Shown: positions 1 through 11,727 of the stretch, piece after piece
Position numbering within the stretch: the first letter of the stretch is position 1
Layout of the letters: each line of letters starts with the position of its first letter
Origin: Dipteris shenzhenensis
Taxonomy: Eukaryota
Length of the DNA: 64,000 nt
NCBI GenBank assembly: GCA_047967505.1
Contig: CM106538.1
Strand: one strand, 5' to 3'
Notes under the pieces: model-generated
Seen by the model: the letters and a program-made list of their open reading frames with translations, nothing else
What the model was told of the DNA's origin: nothing
The model's database searches: none
Program-made: the position numbers and the translations under genes

Positions 1-1858
1 CATGACTACCCAGGATATGGAGAGTGCGCAGGTACGTGGTTGTGTCTTTACATGTACAATGAGGGATTATGCTTTTTTTACTCTCTTTTGCACACATGTC
101 TTGTACTAACACATTCATGCACACGTGCAGGACTTGTTACAAGTGGGTACCATGCTTGTCCTGTTTGTGGACCGGCTCTAAAATCGCTTGCACGCTACTC
201 CAAACATATGAGGAAAAATATTTATGAAGGTCATGCTCGATACCTTCCGCTCGACCATCTCGCACATGGAGGTCAGCTTGATCCACCACCATCATATTTG
301 AAGGCAAGTGATTGGATTCAAGCTTGGAGGACGAATGGAGAGGAACCTCCTCCTGGTATGAAGAGGCTATAGATCTTTCACGAGCTTCCTTATTGGGGTC
401 AGTTACAAATCAATCATCTCTTGGATCCCATGCATATCTTCAAGAATGTGGGGGCTACTATTTGAGCACACTTGGTTGGTTCCAAGGACTCGAGAGGAGT
501 GCGAGAAGACTTGCATGCTATGAATATGATGTCTTGTTTGTGGCCCCAAGTGCATGCTTCGGGAAAAGTTATCCTCCCGAAAGCAACGTGGATCCTCTCT
601 ACGAGGGAGGAGGCAGCGGTCAAGGCAGACATTGCCTCTTTTCAAACACTGACAGGGTACATGCGTTGCTTGAAAGAAGCATTTTCAAAGGACAATAAGC
701 TTAGTGGCCTCAAGTCCCATGATTGGCACAAGGTCTTACAGGTATTCTAAGTAGAATTAGTGTACCGATAATAGTGATGCGTTAGCGTAATTATTATTAT
801 GTTATATTGTTGACATGACTTCATTGTTGCTTTGATAGTTCATTCTCCCAATTACAATAAAAGGGTGCTTACAAGAAGATGTTAGAAATGTTATATTCAA
901 GATCTGTGGTATTGTGAGGTATGCTTACTATCAAATCGCATTATGTATTTTCTTAATGGACATGTGAAATAGATGGATATCTCAAATATCTTACAGATGC
1001 ATGGACATGTGAAATAGGTGGATATCTCAAAAAGAGATCTCTATATCGAGCATGGAGAAGGCTAGGGTGGAATCCATCGAAGTCATATGCTTGCTTGAGA
1101 AGCACTTTCCCTCAAGCATTATGACAACTCAAGTCCACTTGCTTGTGCACATAGTTGATGAGGTAGCTATAGCAGGTACCGTTCATAATCGATGGATGTT
1201 TTTTTCTCGAGCGGTTTATGAAAACTTTAAAGGGGTTTGTAAGACAAAGAGCAAGACCGGAAGCAAGCATGGCAGAGGGATGGCTTGTGCAAGAGTCATT
1301 AGTATATATCACAGAGTTTCTTGCATCCACAGATCCTGATATGCCGCAAGCTTGGCACAACAAGGATGATGATCGCATCATTGGCGAGGTTCCCCAAGGA
1401 AAAGGGATTGAAAGAAAGATGAGCGAAGAGCAAATGGAGAAATTCAATAAGTTTTGTATCCTCAATAGCCCTGAGATGTAGAAGTGGATTGAGAGATATG
1501 AAGTAGCTAAAGCAGAAAGAATAAATGCAAGGACGAGATTCAGAGTAATGTGCAGGCGATCACAACCATATCCACGAGATTTGGCTCTTCTCCCTACTCA
1601 CATGTCACTTGATTGGCTACAACTGGCTCTACGTAAAGCCGAACATGATGGAGAGACAATAAACGAGCGCGCGAGCGGGAGTTATCATCTGGATGTATGG
1701 TGCATGTAAGTTTCTTATCTCTTGACGTAATTAAGTAATTATTTGTGGCAATATATGCTATAAAATAGGTGCATCTTCATTGTTTTAATGATGCTCTTTT
1801 ACAGTACAAAAAGTACAGTGCATTATGATCATATGGACGACATTTTCGCGTGGAACGC
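1..1858 (+). pseudogene. CACTA/En-Spm transposase (Transposase_21/DUF4218 region), spliced, decayed, truncated at ~1858
   Basis: Motifs HDYPGYG, GYHACPVC, HLLDPMHIFKN, LSGLKSHDWH and QVHLLVHIVDEV..GTVHNRWMFF lie across GT-AG introns 32-130, 742-838, 919-1017 and ~1706-1804. There are in-frame stops and frameshifts. It is colinear with the minus-strand copy at 35180-38800. Confidence 0.9.
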
Positions 1859-3798
1859 AAGCCATTTCAAAGTCTTCTTCGCTCACTTGTTTGTGGCCGG
1901 ATTGGCCGCTCCTTGGTTGGTGCTAGTACCAAAGGCAAACTTAGAGTTGACGCAAGAGTGGGCGAGCGTGTTTTAATCATGCATGTCCCTGACGCGCGCG
2001 AACACGAACCCTTGCCTTGCAAGTGCTCGAACTGCGTTTGTCATCGGAGGACCTAGATCTAGAAGAACACATAGGTCTTGTTCAAGAATCCCGCAGCCAA
2101 AAAAGGAGAACACTATCGAACAAATTGTACGCTAAAGCAACACAACACTATGAGAAAGCAAGACAATAGTATTCCGATACCCTCAATGCACTTGCTCTTG
2201 TCGTTGTGACGCTTCGGTTTTAGATTTTCTTCAGCTCCGTGTTCTTTTTCTACGTAGTCAAGGCAGTAACAAAGTTATCACGGTCCTTTCTCAGCACAAT
2301 TTCTTGTATAAAAGCTCTGATTATCAAAGGTGGTTGCGAAAGATCGAAGCTACAGACTAGAGCACGAGCCAGGAAATGAATCGGTAGCATACGAATAAAA
2401 CTGGCAGCAAGACAGGGAGACAATGTTTTCATAAGCATACGCTATACGAATTTAGGACGTGGAGGGTCTGCATTCACGAAGTTCACCAACGGGAATAAAG
2501 AAAAGGAGGGCTCAGCGGGCGATACGGAGAGGGCGAGTGAGAGGACGTGGAGCGTCTAGATTCGCGAAGTTCGCCAAGGGGAATAAAGAAAAGAAGGGCT
2601 CAGCGGGCTATACCGGGAGGACGAGTGCAACGAGAGGGAGTCGTGCAAGAGGAATATAGAAACAGAGAGACAGCCTCTAAGTAGAATGGAGAACGGGATG
2701 GCTGAGCAGGGGATAGGCACAGCTCGAGTGAAGGCAGAGAGAGTCGTAGAGCAGAAATGCATCAAAACCTGCAACAGTTTCGACATCGACAATTTTTAGA
2801 TGTTGTCGTAGATTATGTTTGCGACGTTGTTGTTTCTCTGCTTCGTCGCCCAGACCAGAATGAGCATCGTCAGCGTAGACATTCTTGTTCTCTGCCATGC
2901 TCATAAGGCCTAAAACGAAACACAGTGTCAGTGGTTTGAAACGGAGGAGGAACTTAGGAAATTTGAAAATGAGGATCGAAATTCGCGAACAGTAAGAAAA
3001 CAACTCAACCTTTCTGGAAAATGCCACTACTAGTGTCCACAGAATCCCCGGATAGTTGTGCTTCGTCTCGAGCACAGAGAGGAGGTATGTTTGCCATATA
3101 AAACCGATGATTTGCAAAGCGAAAAATGATGAACAGAAGAGAAGCGAGACCCAGAGGTGGTTTTATAAACGGAGAAGCACTGCCTCGATTTAGGAAGAGC
3201 AATGCAGGACATACTATCCTCGGTCTAGTGTTTGCTATCCTCCGTCTACGTACTTATCGAAGATCCTACACACAGAAGCACCTAGAAACAGTTCAGACAC
3301 AGAACACGGCACGTGAGGTAGTTTCCATGGATCCATGCACGTTTAATGAATTACCTTCACAATAAAAAGATCCAAAAGCTCAATAATCAAACATTGTGGA
3401 TTTCACAATGGCCTAGGAAGAGTCCAGAAAATGCAATTTCCTTGTGATCTTCGTCATGAAAGCTAGAAAATGAAATGTGTAGGATCGAGTGATCGAATTG
3501 TCGAGCCAACAATTTGCCTGCAGTTCGTTCCCCCCACGATCCACTACATTAGTCGAGCTCGTGAAATATGCCGAGAGGCCAAGTATTCTATGTTCATCCG
3601 TGTACGTATCAGAAGGTGCAAGCCTGAGGTTGATTACAACGAAAAAGCCGTGCACGATGAAAATTGGAACAGAGCTGTCAGAAAGAAACAAGGCTGCACA
3701 AACCCAAGGCATCATAGTGTCTAGAACCGGAAAGGCAAAGTAGAGGACGTAAGAAACACAAGACACGCGGGCTAGGCAAAGGATGATCATCAGCATGA

Positions 3799-3873
3799 GT
3801 GTTGCCACCCCGAGAGCATCCACGATAGAACTGTGTGTTGCCACCCCGAGAGCATGCACGATAGAACTGTGTG
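3799..3873. repeat. 36-bp tandem duplication (2 copies)
   Basis: gtgttgccaccccgagagcat(c/g)cacgatagaactgt x2. Confidence 0.9.
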
Positions 3874-4111
3874 GGGGAATTACCGGAGATAGGCATACTC
3901 TTGCTACACATGGGTTCTTACCTCTCGATTGTCACTTCTCCTGTGCTCTATCGTGGAATCAACAAAACTCCGACACAAATTTTACACAAGAGTGCTGACA
4001 ATGTCTCCCGCGATCCCAGAATAAATCATCTGTTGTTTTTCGAACAGCTCCTTGATGAGGATTGTTCAAAGGGTGATCCTGCTGTGAGAGCACAAGGCTT
4101 TGATCTCAAAT

Positions 4112-4291
4112 CAACAATCTTGGAGAGACACTCGTCATTTGCTTCTGCCTCTGCTCCGTTCATTGGAGGCGTCCCATGCAGGCTTGCAAGTCTCGCTCCG
4201 TGGATTGCTCCTGCTACCTTAGCCTCACTAATTCTGCGCTCAAAACATTCTTATCCCGTTTGAGACGTTCAATTTCACCTTACAGACCAAA
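4112..4291 (-). pseudogene. Fragment of a class A heat-shock transcription factor (HR-A/B oligomerisation coiled coil)
   Basis: Manual minus-strand translation gives FGL*GEIERLKRDKNVLSAELVRLR*QEQSTERDLQACMGRLQ*TEQRQKQMTS..LSKIV. This matches the plant HsfA pattern FGLEEEVERLKRDKNVLMQELVRLRQQQ..MEQRQQQMMSFLAK. It has 3 stops, and no DNA-binding domain is visible nearby. Confidence 0.85.
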
Positions 4292-4711
4292 GCATGAAAA
4301 GAGAAAGGGCAGAGAGAATCCCTACAAAATGCGGTAGTTTCATCGCCTGCGTCCTCGTCACGTTCAGTTTCGTTTTCCTCGACCTGTTGGGAGGCATCTT
4401 GAACCCCAACTGCATGGCTGAGTGAGGAGTTGTTTGAGTGCGCAATTTATAGAATAAGATGAGGAGAGAGCGAACATGAACGCTGTGAACGAACAAAGGA
4501 GAGAGGAGACGCCATGCAAATCGCCAGGTGGAACACAACCATTGGCCGCAACACCAACGAACCGTGAACCACGCATGGAACAATCTACCCAAATCAGAAA
4601 TAAACACGTTAACAAACATGCATTATTTTAAAAATACCATAATTTCGCTTCTCCACAGTCGTTGCCTTAACTTAGGCCTTCCAAAGCAACAAACTAATTT
4701 CGCTTCTCCAA

Positions 4712-4804
4712 GGAAGGCCATCATTACTTAGGCTTCCACGTAACACAACACGTGGAAGGCCATCATTACTTAGGCTTCCACGTAACACAACACGTGGAAG
4801 GCCA
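4712..4804 (+). promoter_or_regulatory. 42-bp tandem duplication carrying G-box/ABRE-like motifs just upstream of TMEM97
   Basis: ggaaggccatcattacttaggcttccacgtaacacaacacgt x2 plus a partial copy. This yields two CACGTGG and two CACGTA motifs within ~170 bp of the ATG at 4885. Confidence 0.55.
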
Positions 4805-4884
4805 AAAAGGAGTTCAAGTGTATGGGGGAAAAAAATACTCTGAACTCAAAGAATCAGTTCAGTCCAGACACATTTAAAGGCAAT

Positions 4885-5149
4885 ATGCCCAGCACCAGGC
4901 GCTGTCTTGATCTGATATTCACTGCTTTCTTTGTCATCCATGTGTTCGTCACAGTGTTCATTGATTCACAAGTAATTTTTCCTGCTCGATTTTACCCTCG
5001 GGCTTTGCAGAACTTGCTGAAGTGGTATGTTGTCGCATCGGGAGATTACTTGGTCAGGGATAAGCCGCACTTCTTCAAGGGCCTGGTCTTCGCAGAAATC
5101 TTCTTCCAGCTCCCCCTTTTAATCCTTAATGCTTACGGTTTTTACAAAG
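4885..5149 (+). CDS. TMEM97: TMEM97/sigma-2-receptor-like EXPERA-domain protein, exon 1
   Basis: MPSTRRCLDLIFTAFFVIHVFVTVFIDSQVIFPARFYPRALQNLLKWYVVASGDYLVRDKPHFFKGLVFAEIFFQLPLL shows the family hallmarks IDSQ, YP..L..WY, GDYL and E..FQLP. The donor is AAAG|GTATAT, phase 1. Confidence 0.9.
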
Positions 5150-5271
5150 GTATATGCTCGTAACTGCTTGCCGGATATTTTGCCGTTGTCTTCAGATCAG
5201 CAATCAGTCACTAGATACCGCCCCGATTCACTGTTATGAAAGTATGCGCTGCCTACTGATCTTGGGTACAG

Positions 5272-5330
5272 GTTCAAAATGGGCCAGAACAACGGGGCTT
5301 ATTTATGGGATACATGCGGCCACCACTCTG
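5272..5330 (+). CDS. TMEM97: TMEM97-like protein, exon 2
   Basis: Acceptor TACAG|GT and donor CTG|GTAAGC. It encodes GSKWARTTGLIYGIHAATTL (family IYG.H..TT motif), with phase compatible with exon 1. Confidence 0.9.
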
Positions 5331-6708
5331 GTAAGCACCCAGTTTGAAGTTATCCATAATGCATGTTTTATGTGGCTAGGAACCATTTCACGGCTCTGGG
5401 TCAGAGTTAGTGCCCAACATCTTGTGACACAGATCAAGAACCAAAATAGGAACGCCTACTTCACGAATGCTGAACGGAAGAAAGCTACATTGGAAGTAGC
5501 AGAAGTTAACATAGAAATTGTGGCCAGGAATGCTTTTAGTTTTAGTTCTGCAAATGCTCATAGATGACTTAGGAGAAAACGAAACTGTCTAAGAAGCGAA
5601 TTAGAATTTCAAATAGCAATTAAAGAAGAATTAACCATAACACACATATCATTCAAAAATTCACACAGGAGATAGGTAGAGAAAAGAAAAGACACCGGCA
5701 CCCAATGAGGTGTGAAAGAGGTACACCCCTACCTGGGTATATTTCTTTATTCCAATGATGCAAGGCTTTAATTACAAAAGTTATCTAAATTCTCCGACAA
5801 TCCCCAAGGAAACCAGGAATGGCTTTGAAAAATCAGGGCATATCAAGATTGGGGCTGACATAAGTGCTTGCTTGAGGTCATTAAAGGCTGACTGACCAGC
5901 ATGGTTCCATGCAAAAGCTCCCTTTTTGAGCAAATCAGTAAGGGCAGCTGCTCTTTTAGCATAATGCTTGATGAATCTTCTGTAGAATGATGTCAAGCCT
6001 AGAAAGCCTCTTAGCTGGGTGAGTGGGGAAGGAATTGGCCACTGTTTGATCACTTCAACCTTTGATGGGTCCACTGAAATACCTTCAGGAGAGATAATAT
6101 GGCCTAGATACTCCACTTTTTGTACCATGAAAGAGCACTTGGAGGGCTTAGCATAAAGGTGGTGCATCCTGAGAACCTCACCTTGAACTCATAGTGTCCT
6201 CTTGCTGTCTTGAAAGCTGTTTTGTATTCATCACCCTCTTTAATCCTTATCTGATGGTAACCTGACCTTAGGTCAATCTTAGAGTAGTATTTAGAACCCT
6301 TAAGCTCATCCAATAAGTCATCCAAACTTGTTTTTGATAGTTTCTTTATTGAGCTCTCTGTAATCAACATACATTCTGAAGGTACCATCTTTTTCTTCAA
6401 TAGTAAGATGGGGGATGCAAATGGAGACTGACTAGGGGTGATGAAACCCTTGTCCATCAACTCTTGGCCACTTCCTCTTTTTCAGCTTTAGACAGCCTGT
6501 AAGGTGCCTTCTTGATAGGTCTGGCTCCTTCATCTAAATAAATGGCATGATCCATTTCTCTTTTAGGGGGTAGACCAGGAGGGGGTTCTTTGAATATATC
6601 TTTATATTGCTGTAACAATTGCGACAGGTCCACATCATTAACTTTGAAGTCCTTACCAGGTTTCTGAATGCCTCCAGCTTCTAGTTTTAAAAGCAAATAG
6701 GCTGACCT

Positions 6709-7769
6709 TGTGAAGTTTTTGTCCAAGTTGCGGCCTGCTGGTATTGCGATAATTCTTTCTATCTTAAATGGTGCGTTGCCCTATCAGCTAGATTTAGATT
6801 TAAATGCTCGTTTGGGAGAGACTAAAATGAAATCGTTTAGACTTCACAAGCAGTTGTAGCTTGAATGAAGAGATTTGGACTACTTTTTGATTAGCTTTCT
6901 CCTTTAGTGCTAGCCTTCGTCATGGCTGAGTTTGCCCTTCACCTCCAGAGTGTCGACAGAAACTCAATACGAAGACTTTGTATAAATGGATGCTCAAGTA
7001 TGTGTGGGTGTGTGGATTTGTATGTGTGAGAGCATACTTTTATACTATGGTCTACACCCACTGTTGGCGTTGATGACGTCAGTGGGGATGTCATAGTAGC
7101 TAGTCCCTACTATGCGTGATGGAGTTTATGGTTTTCAATTTTAATAAGAATTGAAACTGCACTATGTTGTGTTTTTAGAGGATGAGTTTGGGAATGTTCC
7201 TGGATTCATCTAGGTACATGCTTCTGCCGTATTAGCGGACATGCAAATTTCACCTTGTGAAGTTTTCGTCCAAGTTGCGGCCTATTGGTATTGCGATAAT
7301 TCTTAAATGGTGCGTTGCCCTATCAACTAGATTTAGATTTAGATGCTCGTTTGGGAGAGACTAAAATGAAATCGTTTAGACTTCACAAGCAGTTGTAGCT
7401 TGAATGAAGAGATTTGGACTACTTTTTGATTAGCCTTCTCCTTTAGTGCTAGCCTTTGTCATGACTGAGTTTGCCCTTCACCTCCGGAGTGTCGACGGAA
7501 ACTCAGTACAAAGACTTTCTATAAATGGATGCTCAAGTATATGTGGGTGTGTGGATTTGTATGTGTGAGAGCATACTTTTATACTATGGTCTACACCCAC
7601 TGTTGGGTGCTGATGACGTCAGTGGGGATGTCATAGAAGCTAGTCCCTACTATGTGTGATGGAGTTTATGGTTTTCAATCTTATGAGTGACTCTTGTGAG
7701 ATTGAAACTGCACTATGTTGTGTTTTAAGAGGATGAGTTTGGGAATGTTCCTGGATTCATCTAGGTATA
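6709..7769 (-). mobile_element. Non-coding insertion of two ~510-bp LTR-like direct repeats (6709-7218, 7256-7769) with a 37-bp spacer; TRIM-like
   Basis: The repeats run TGTGAAG...CTAGGTA(C/T)A and carry a minus-strand TATA motif (gtataaaag). The flanks duplicate host pol sequence ataggctgacctt (6697-6709 and 7767-7779). Confidence 0.75.
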
Positions 7770-9785
7770 GGCTGACCTTCTTGAGGAGCCTCTTTACTTG
7801 CTTAGCTGTCACCATCTGAAATTTCTGAGAGTGAATTTTAGACAGACAAACCTCCTTGCCCATGTCTAGGTAAGTCAGTAAACTTACCTAGAGTCTTGAG
7901 CCAATCACAGCCAAGTATAATGTCAATGGGTCCCAGATTGAAGGCAAAGAGATCGATAGTACATGAATACTCTGAGGAGAGATTAATTGCAATTTCAGGA
8001 CAGATTCTCTGACTAGTGGTAAAGGTGCCATCAGCTACTTCAACCCCCAAGCTACGTGGTAGATCATCCACAGGCAGCTTCAATGAGTGGATAGACTTGG
8101 CATTTGCAAAACTATGAGTGCTTCCACTATCCACGAACACATAAGCATCTCTGCCCATGACCTGCCCTGAAGGTGTGGGACTTTTTATACAGTCGAGAGC
8201 ATGGGTGGATATGGTGTATGCTTCTGACTGAGTGTCCCAGAAAGCTCTTCATCAGTAACAGCCCCATTGCCCTTGCCCTCAGCTTCTCTGCAGGGTTCAT
8301 AGCAACGTGTGGTATTCTCAAGATTCCAGGTCCTTTGAGCCATTCATGGCTCTCAGTTCACCATAATTGAAGCCCCCGGGGTTGAACACATAGTTCTCAT
8401 CCGCCACCTCATCATCTCTGAGAACTTCGTGCCCACAATCCTGAAACTCCTCTGCACCCTCAGACTCATCCTCAGATTCTGAAACCTCTATAAGCATACT
8501 CAATTTACCTGGGACTGATTTAGCTTTGCATACCTTGTTGTGATCCACACCCCATTTCGCACCACATTTAAAACGAAGTCCTTTCTTCCTTCTCTCATCC
8601 ATTAGGGACTGAGATAGCTTCTTGTGAACCTCCTTCTTTCCCTTATCTTCATCCAAGTGCTTATCATCAGATTTAGAATCCTGGCCGAAAGTATTAGTCT
8701 TTGAGATCTTGACAGTAGGATATTTAGGAACTATTCTACCTGTCCCATAAGTTGGTGGAGAAGACTTAGAACCCAAATGAAGTTTCTGCTCACCCATGGT
8801 CTTCCTCCCACTATGATCCAAAGTAGATAGCTTCTGGAAGGTCCCAATTCCAATAGATTTCTCCCTAGAGTTGTACTTAGGCTCATATAATTCTGGCAAC
8901 TGCATGGCTTCATCCAATGACTTGGGTCCATATGCCATTACATCTGAGGCAATTGATGATTGCAGCCCATGTATAAATCTGATGATTCTCTGCTTCTCAT
9001 CTACTCCTTTCACAACAGGGAGAACTTCCAAAATTGTTTGATGTAATTTCTAACCGATCCATTTTGCACCAAGTCATACCACTGACATACATACTGATCC
9101 TATATATATATATATATACATATATACATGTATATAAACAATCAAAGGGGAGAGAAACGTAACAACCATTTCATGTTTAAACTCTTACCATGTGGCCATA
9201 TCTGGTCTAAGTCCACTGCTCATTTCCTGAAGGTAACGCCTCCACCATGAGTGGGCATAATCCTCCAAATGAAGAACTGCACACTGATTTTGGCAGCATC
9301 ACTTATTGGGCTTAATTTAAAGTAGTCTTCCAGCTTACTTATCCATTCCTGCAACTCATTAGGTGAATTTGTAAAATGATCATATCCTTATAATCCTTGC
9401 CCAAGCTTGTACTAACTCCTGTATTTTACCTTGAGTAGCCTTCACAAACTGAGTAAAGGTCATGGTGTCTCTCACATCAGGGTCTAACTGGTTGTAGGTG
9501 AACAATTGCTTAGTCAAGAATTCACCTCTCCTAAGGGAGGCTTGGTACACTTTGGATGAGCTGGGCACACCATCAAGACCTGTCTCATGGGCTGGACTAA
9601 ATTCGAACCTCCTGACTGAGTTGTATTCCATGAGGGGACAGATTTGGGAGATTGTTGTGGATGTGACCTTCTAGCTTCAGCCATAAATTCATTCCTACTT
9701 GGGTTCAATTGAGCCAGTCCGAGATCCATAGGCTTCTTAGGTGGATCATCCATGGCATTTTCCTTACCCTTTGACTCCTGACTAA

Positions 9786-9946
9786 GTTCACATCACTTCT
9801 CATGGTCCTTAACTGAGTGAAAGCATTGTCAAACTTAGCTTTGGAGTGTCCTTACCCCTTGGCTCAACCCTACTCCTAACGAAGTTCACATCACTTCTCA
9901 TGGTCCTTAACTGAGTGAAAGCATTGTCAAACTTAGCCTTGGAGTC
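9786..9946. repeat. Local tandem duplication (~98-bp period) inside the gag of element A
   Basis: gttcacatcacttctcatggtccttaactgagtgaaagcattgtcaaacttagc occurs at ~9787 and ~9884. Confidence 0.8.
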
Positions 9947-10227
9947 TTTCCACACGTTCAACCCTTTGTTCTAGCACTAAAGTGAGTTGCCCTAATTGGC
10001 TAAATAGCTTTTGCTGCTGGTCCAGAGGCTGCTGCATCAGTTTGCTCTGTTTGTCCATCATTTGCTCTTGCTGCTCCAACATGATTGCCATGAAGCCTTC
10101 AAAATCCAGCTTGTCCTTGTGGGGAGGGGACTTCGTTGGTGAGTGGACATGGGAACTTGGGGAAGGATTCTGAGATTTTCCCATAGGCTCATGATCACTG
10201 TCCATGTCATCATCCCTAAGGGCCAAC

Positions 10228-10756
10228 TGACACAATCCAGCACTCCTGAAACCTCTGATCTGCAAGCAAACACAAGAACACACCCACGTGAGGAAACTGA
10301 GCAGGCTGCTCACCACCCAACCATGACATCTACGAGATGTGATCCCGAATCAAAAGATGTCCCGTTCGAGCCACGAGTTGAGCTATTGGCACGAACTCCC
10401 AACTAGATCCTAACCAGCCTGGTGTCCCATACCACCTGGTGGCGCTGTGAAGCTTGGGATTTGCTGCTGGGCCTTGGGCTACGCTATGATGCAGGCGCGC
10501 GTCCGCGACTCAAACCAGGATCAGACCTAGCACCTGGGAACGAGACTTGCTCCCATCGGTTCTCTGAGAACTGAACCTCTGGGCCCCTTATATAGACTCG
10601 GGCCCCAAGCGCCAAAAATAGCGAAGACCTCTAACTGGTTCGTACCCTTGCCACTCAACCCGAGAATCAAGCTTGCCTAGCTCTAAGCCTCCCCAGGCTA
10701 CCTAAGCTAGTCTTGTGTACCGAGTACACATCGGATACCAATCCGTGCACATGACA
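10228..10756 (-). repeat. 3' LTR of element B (529 bp)
   Basis: TG..CA termini, adjacent PPT (minus strand agaggaggggaagta) and a TATA motif. Only ~61 bp are matched at the other end (21832-21892). Confidence 0.85.
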
Positions 10757-11279
10757 TACTTCCCCTCCTCTAAGAACTCACTCCTGAGTTCGCTAAAAAA
10801 CCCGGGAATGTCCTCTGGAGGTTCTGTAATGTCTCCCATGTTGCATCCTCCTCAACACGATCCTTCCACTTGATCTTGTATTCCGTGACAGTTCTATTAC
10901 GAATCTGTCTTTCACGAAATTCAAGAATACACTCAGGTTCGTGGGGAATAAAAGTCAAATCTGTAACTTCTATTATTTCTTGAGGAGAAACAAGTTGATC
11001 ATCTGCACCCAATACTTCTTTCAGTCTACTCACATGAAGTATTGGATGTACTTTAACATCAGGGGGCAATTCTAGTCGATATGCAACTGGTCCAATTCTT
11101 CTAATGACCTTGAACGGACCACAATATCTGGGGGATAACTTCGGAACCAAACCAGTACTTAGGCTCTTGGGTTCCTGGGGGATTCGCAAATATACCATTG
11201 TTCCTTCAGAGAACTCTCTAGGTGAACGATGTCTATTAGCATAACATCTGTCTCGATCTTGGGCACTTGTAATAGACTT

Positions 11280-11727
11280 TGTTAAGCTCAATTTTTCTAT
11301 CCTTACTGTTCCGTTGAATTACAGGCGATGGCATCATAAATTTCCTCCCAGCCTCTCTTGTGAATCCCATGCATACATAAGATACGTAATTATCTTTCCT
11401 CATGCATATCCACAAGCCCACAACTCCCTAGATGGTTCCGTCATGCCACCTGTCATCTCTTAGACCTTTAGCTTGGTACACCATTTACCCCTCTCTTGGG
11501 GCACAATTAAAACATTTGCCCCTTGGCATTATTACACATTTAGGTGCACCTAGGCCTTAGCACTCAGAACCACCTAGTCGATGCCAATACACCCTCACCT
11601 AGGACCTTGGCAGTTACTTCCCTTGACCATTTTATTTACGCACATAAAATATTACATAAGTTGGTCATCTAAGAGAAAATGCCCACCGATCTTTTCGAGG
11701 TCATGCTATCTCGGCTAGAGCATAACA
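11280..11727 (-). repeat. 3' LTR of element C
   Basis: tgttaagctc...gagcataaca, a direct repeat of 16857-17304. Confidence 0.95.

Noticed and set aside
2677-2905. Possible first exon of a divergent gene (MAENKNVYADD..)
   Set aside because: No recognisable domain or convincing downstream exons were found.
4712-4804. CRISPR-like appearance of short direct repeats (also 3799-3873 and the CACTA subterminal arrays)
   Set aside because: The copies are adjacent with no unique spacers, there are no cas genes, and the context is eukaryotic.
4822-4884. Upstream in-frame ATG extending TMEM97 by 21 aa
   Set aside because: Family similarity begins near the ATG at 4885, giving a typical ~160 aa protein. 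The extension cannot be excluded without a mapped TSS.
5423-5430. TGTGAC as the left terminus of retroelement A, pairing with 22768
   Set aside because: The flanks CATCT and ATAAG do not form a TSD, and no shared LTR sequence was found between the two ends.
7600-7720. Possible hammerhead ribozyme (CTGATGA) suggesting a retrozyme
   Set aside because: No correctly placed GAAA follows the candidate stem II, and the other repeat copy reads TTGATGA. An Infernal scan would be needed to exclude variants.
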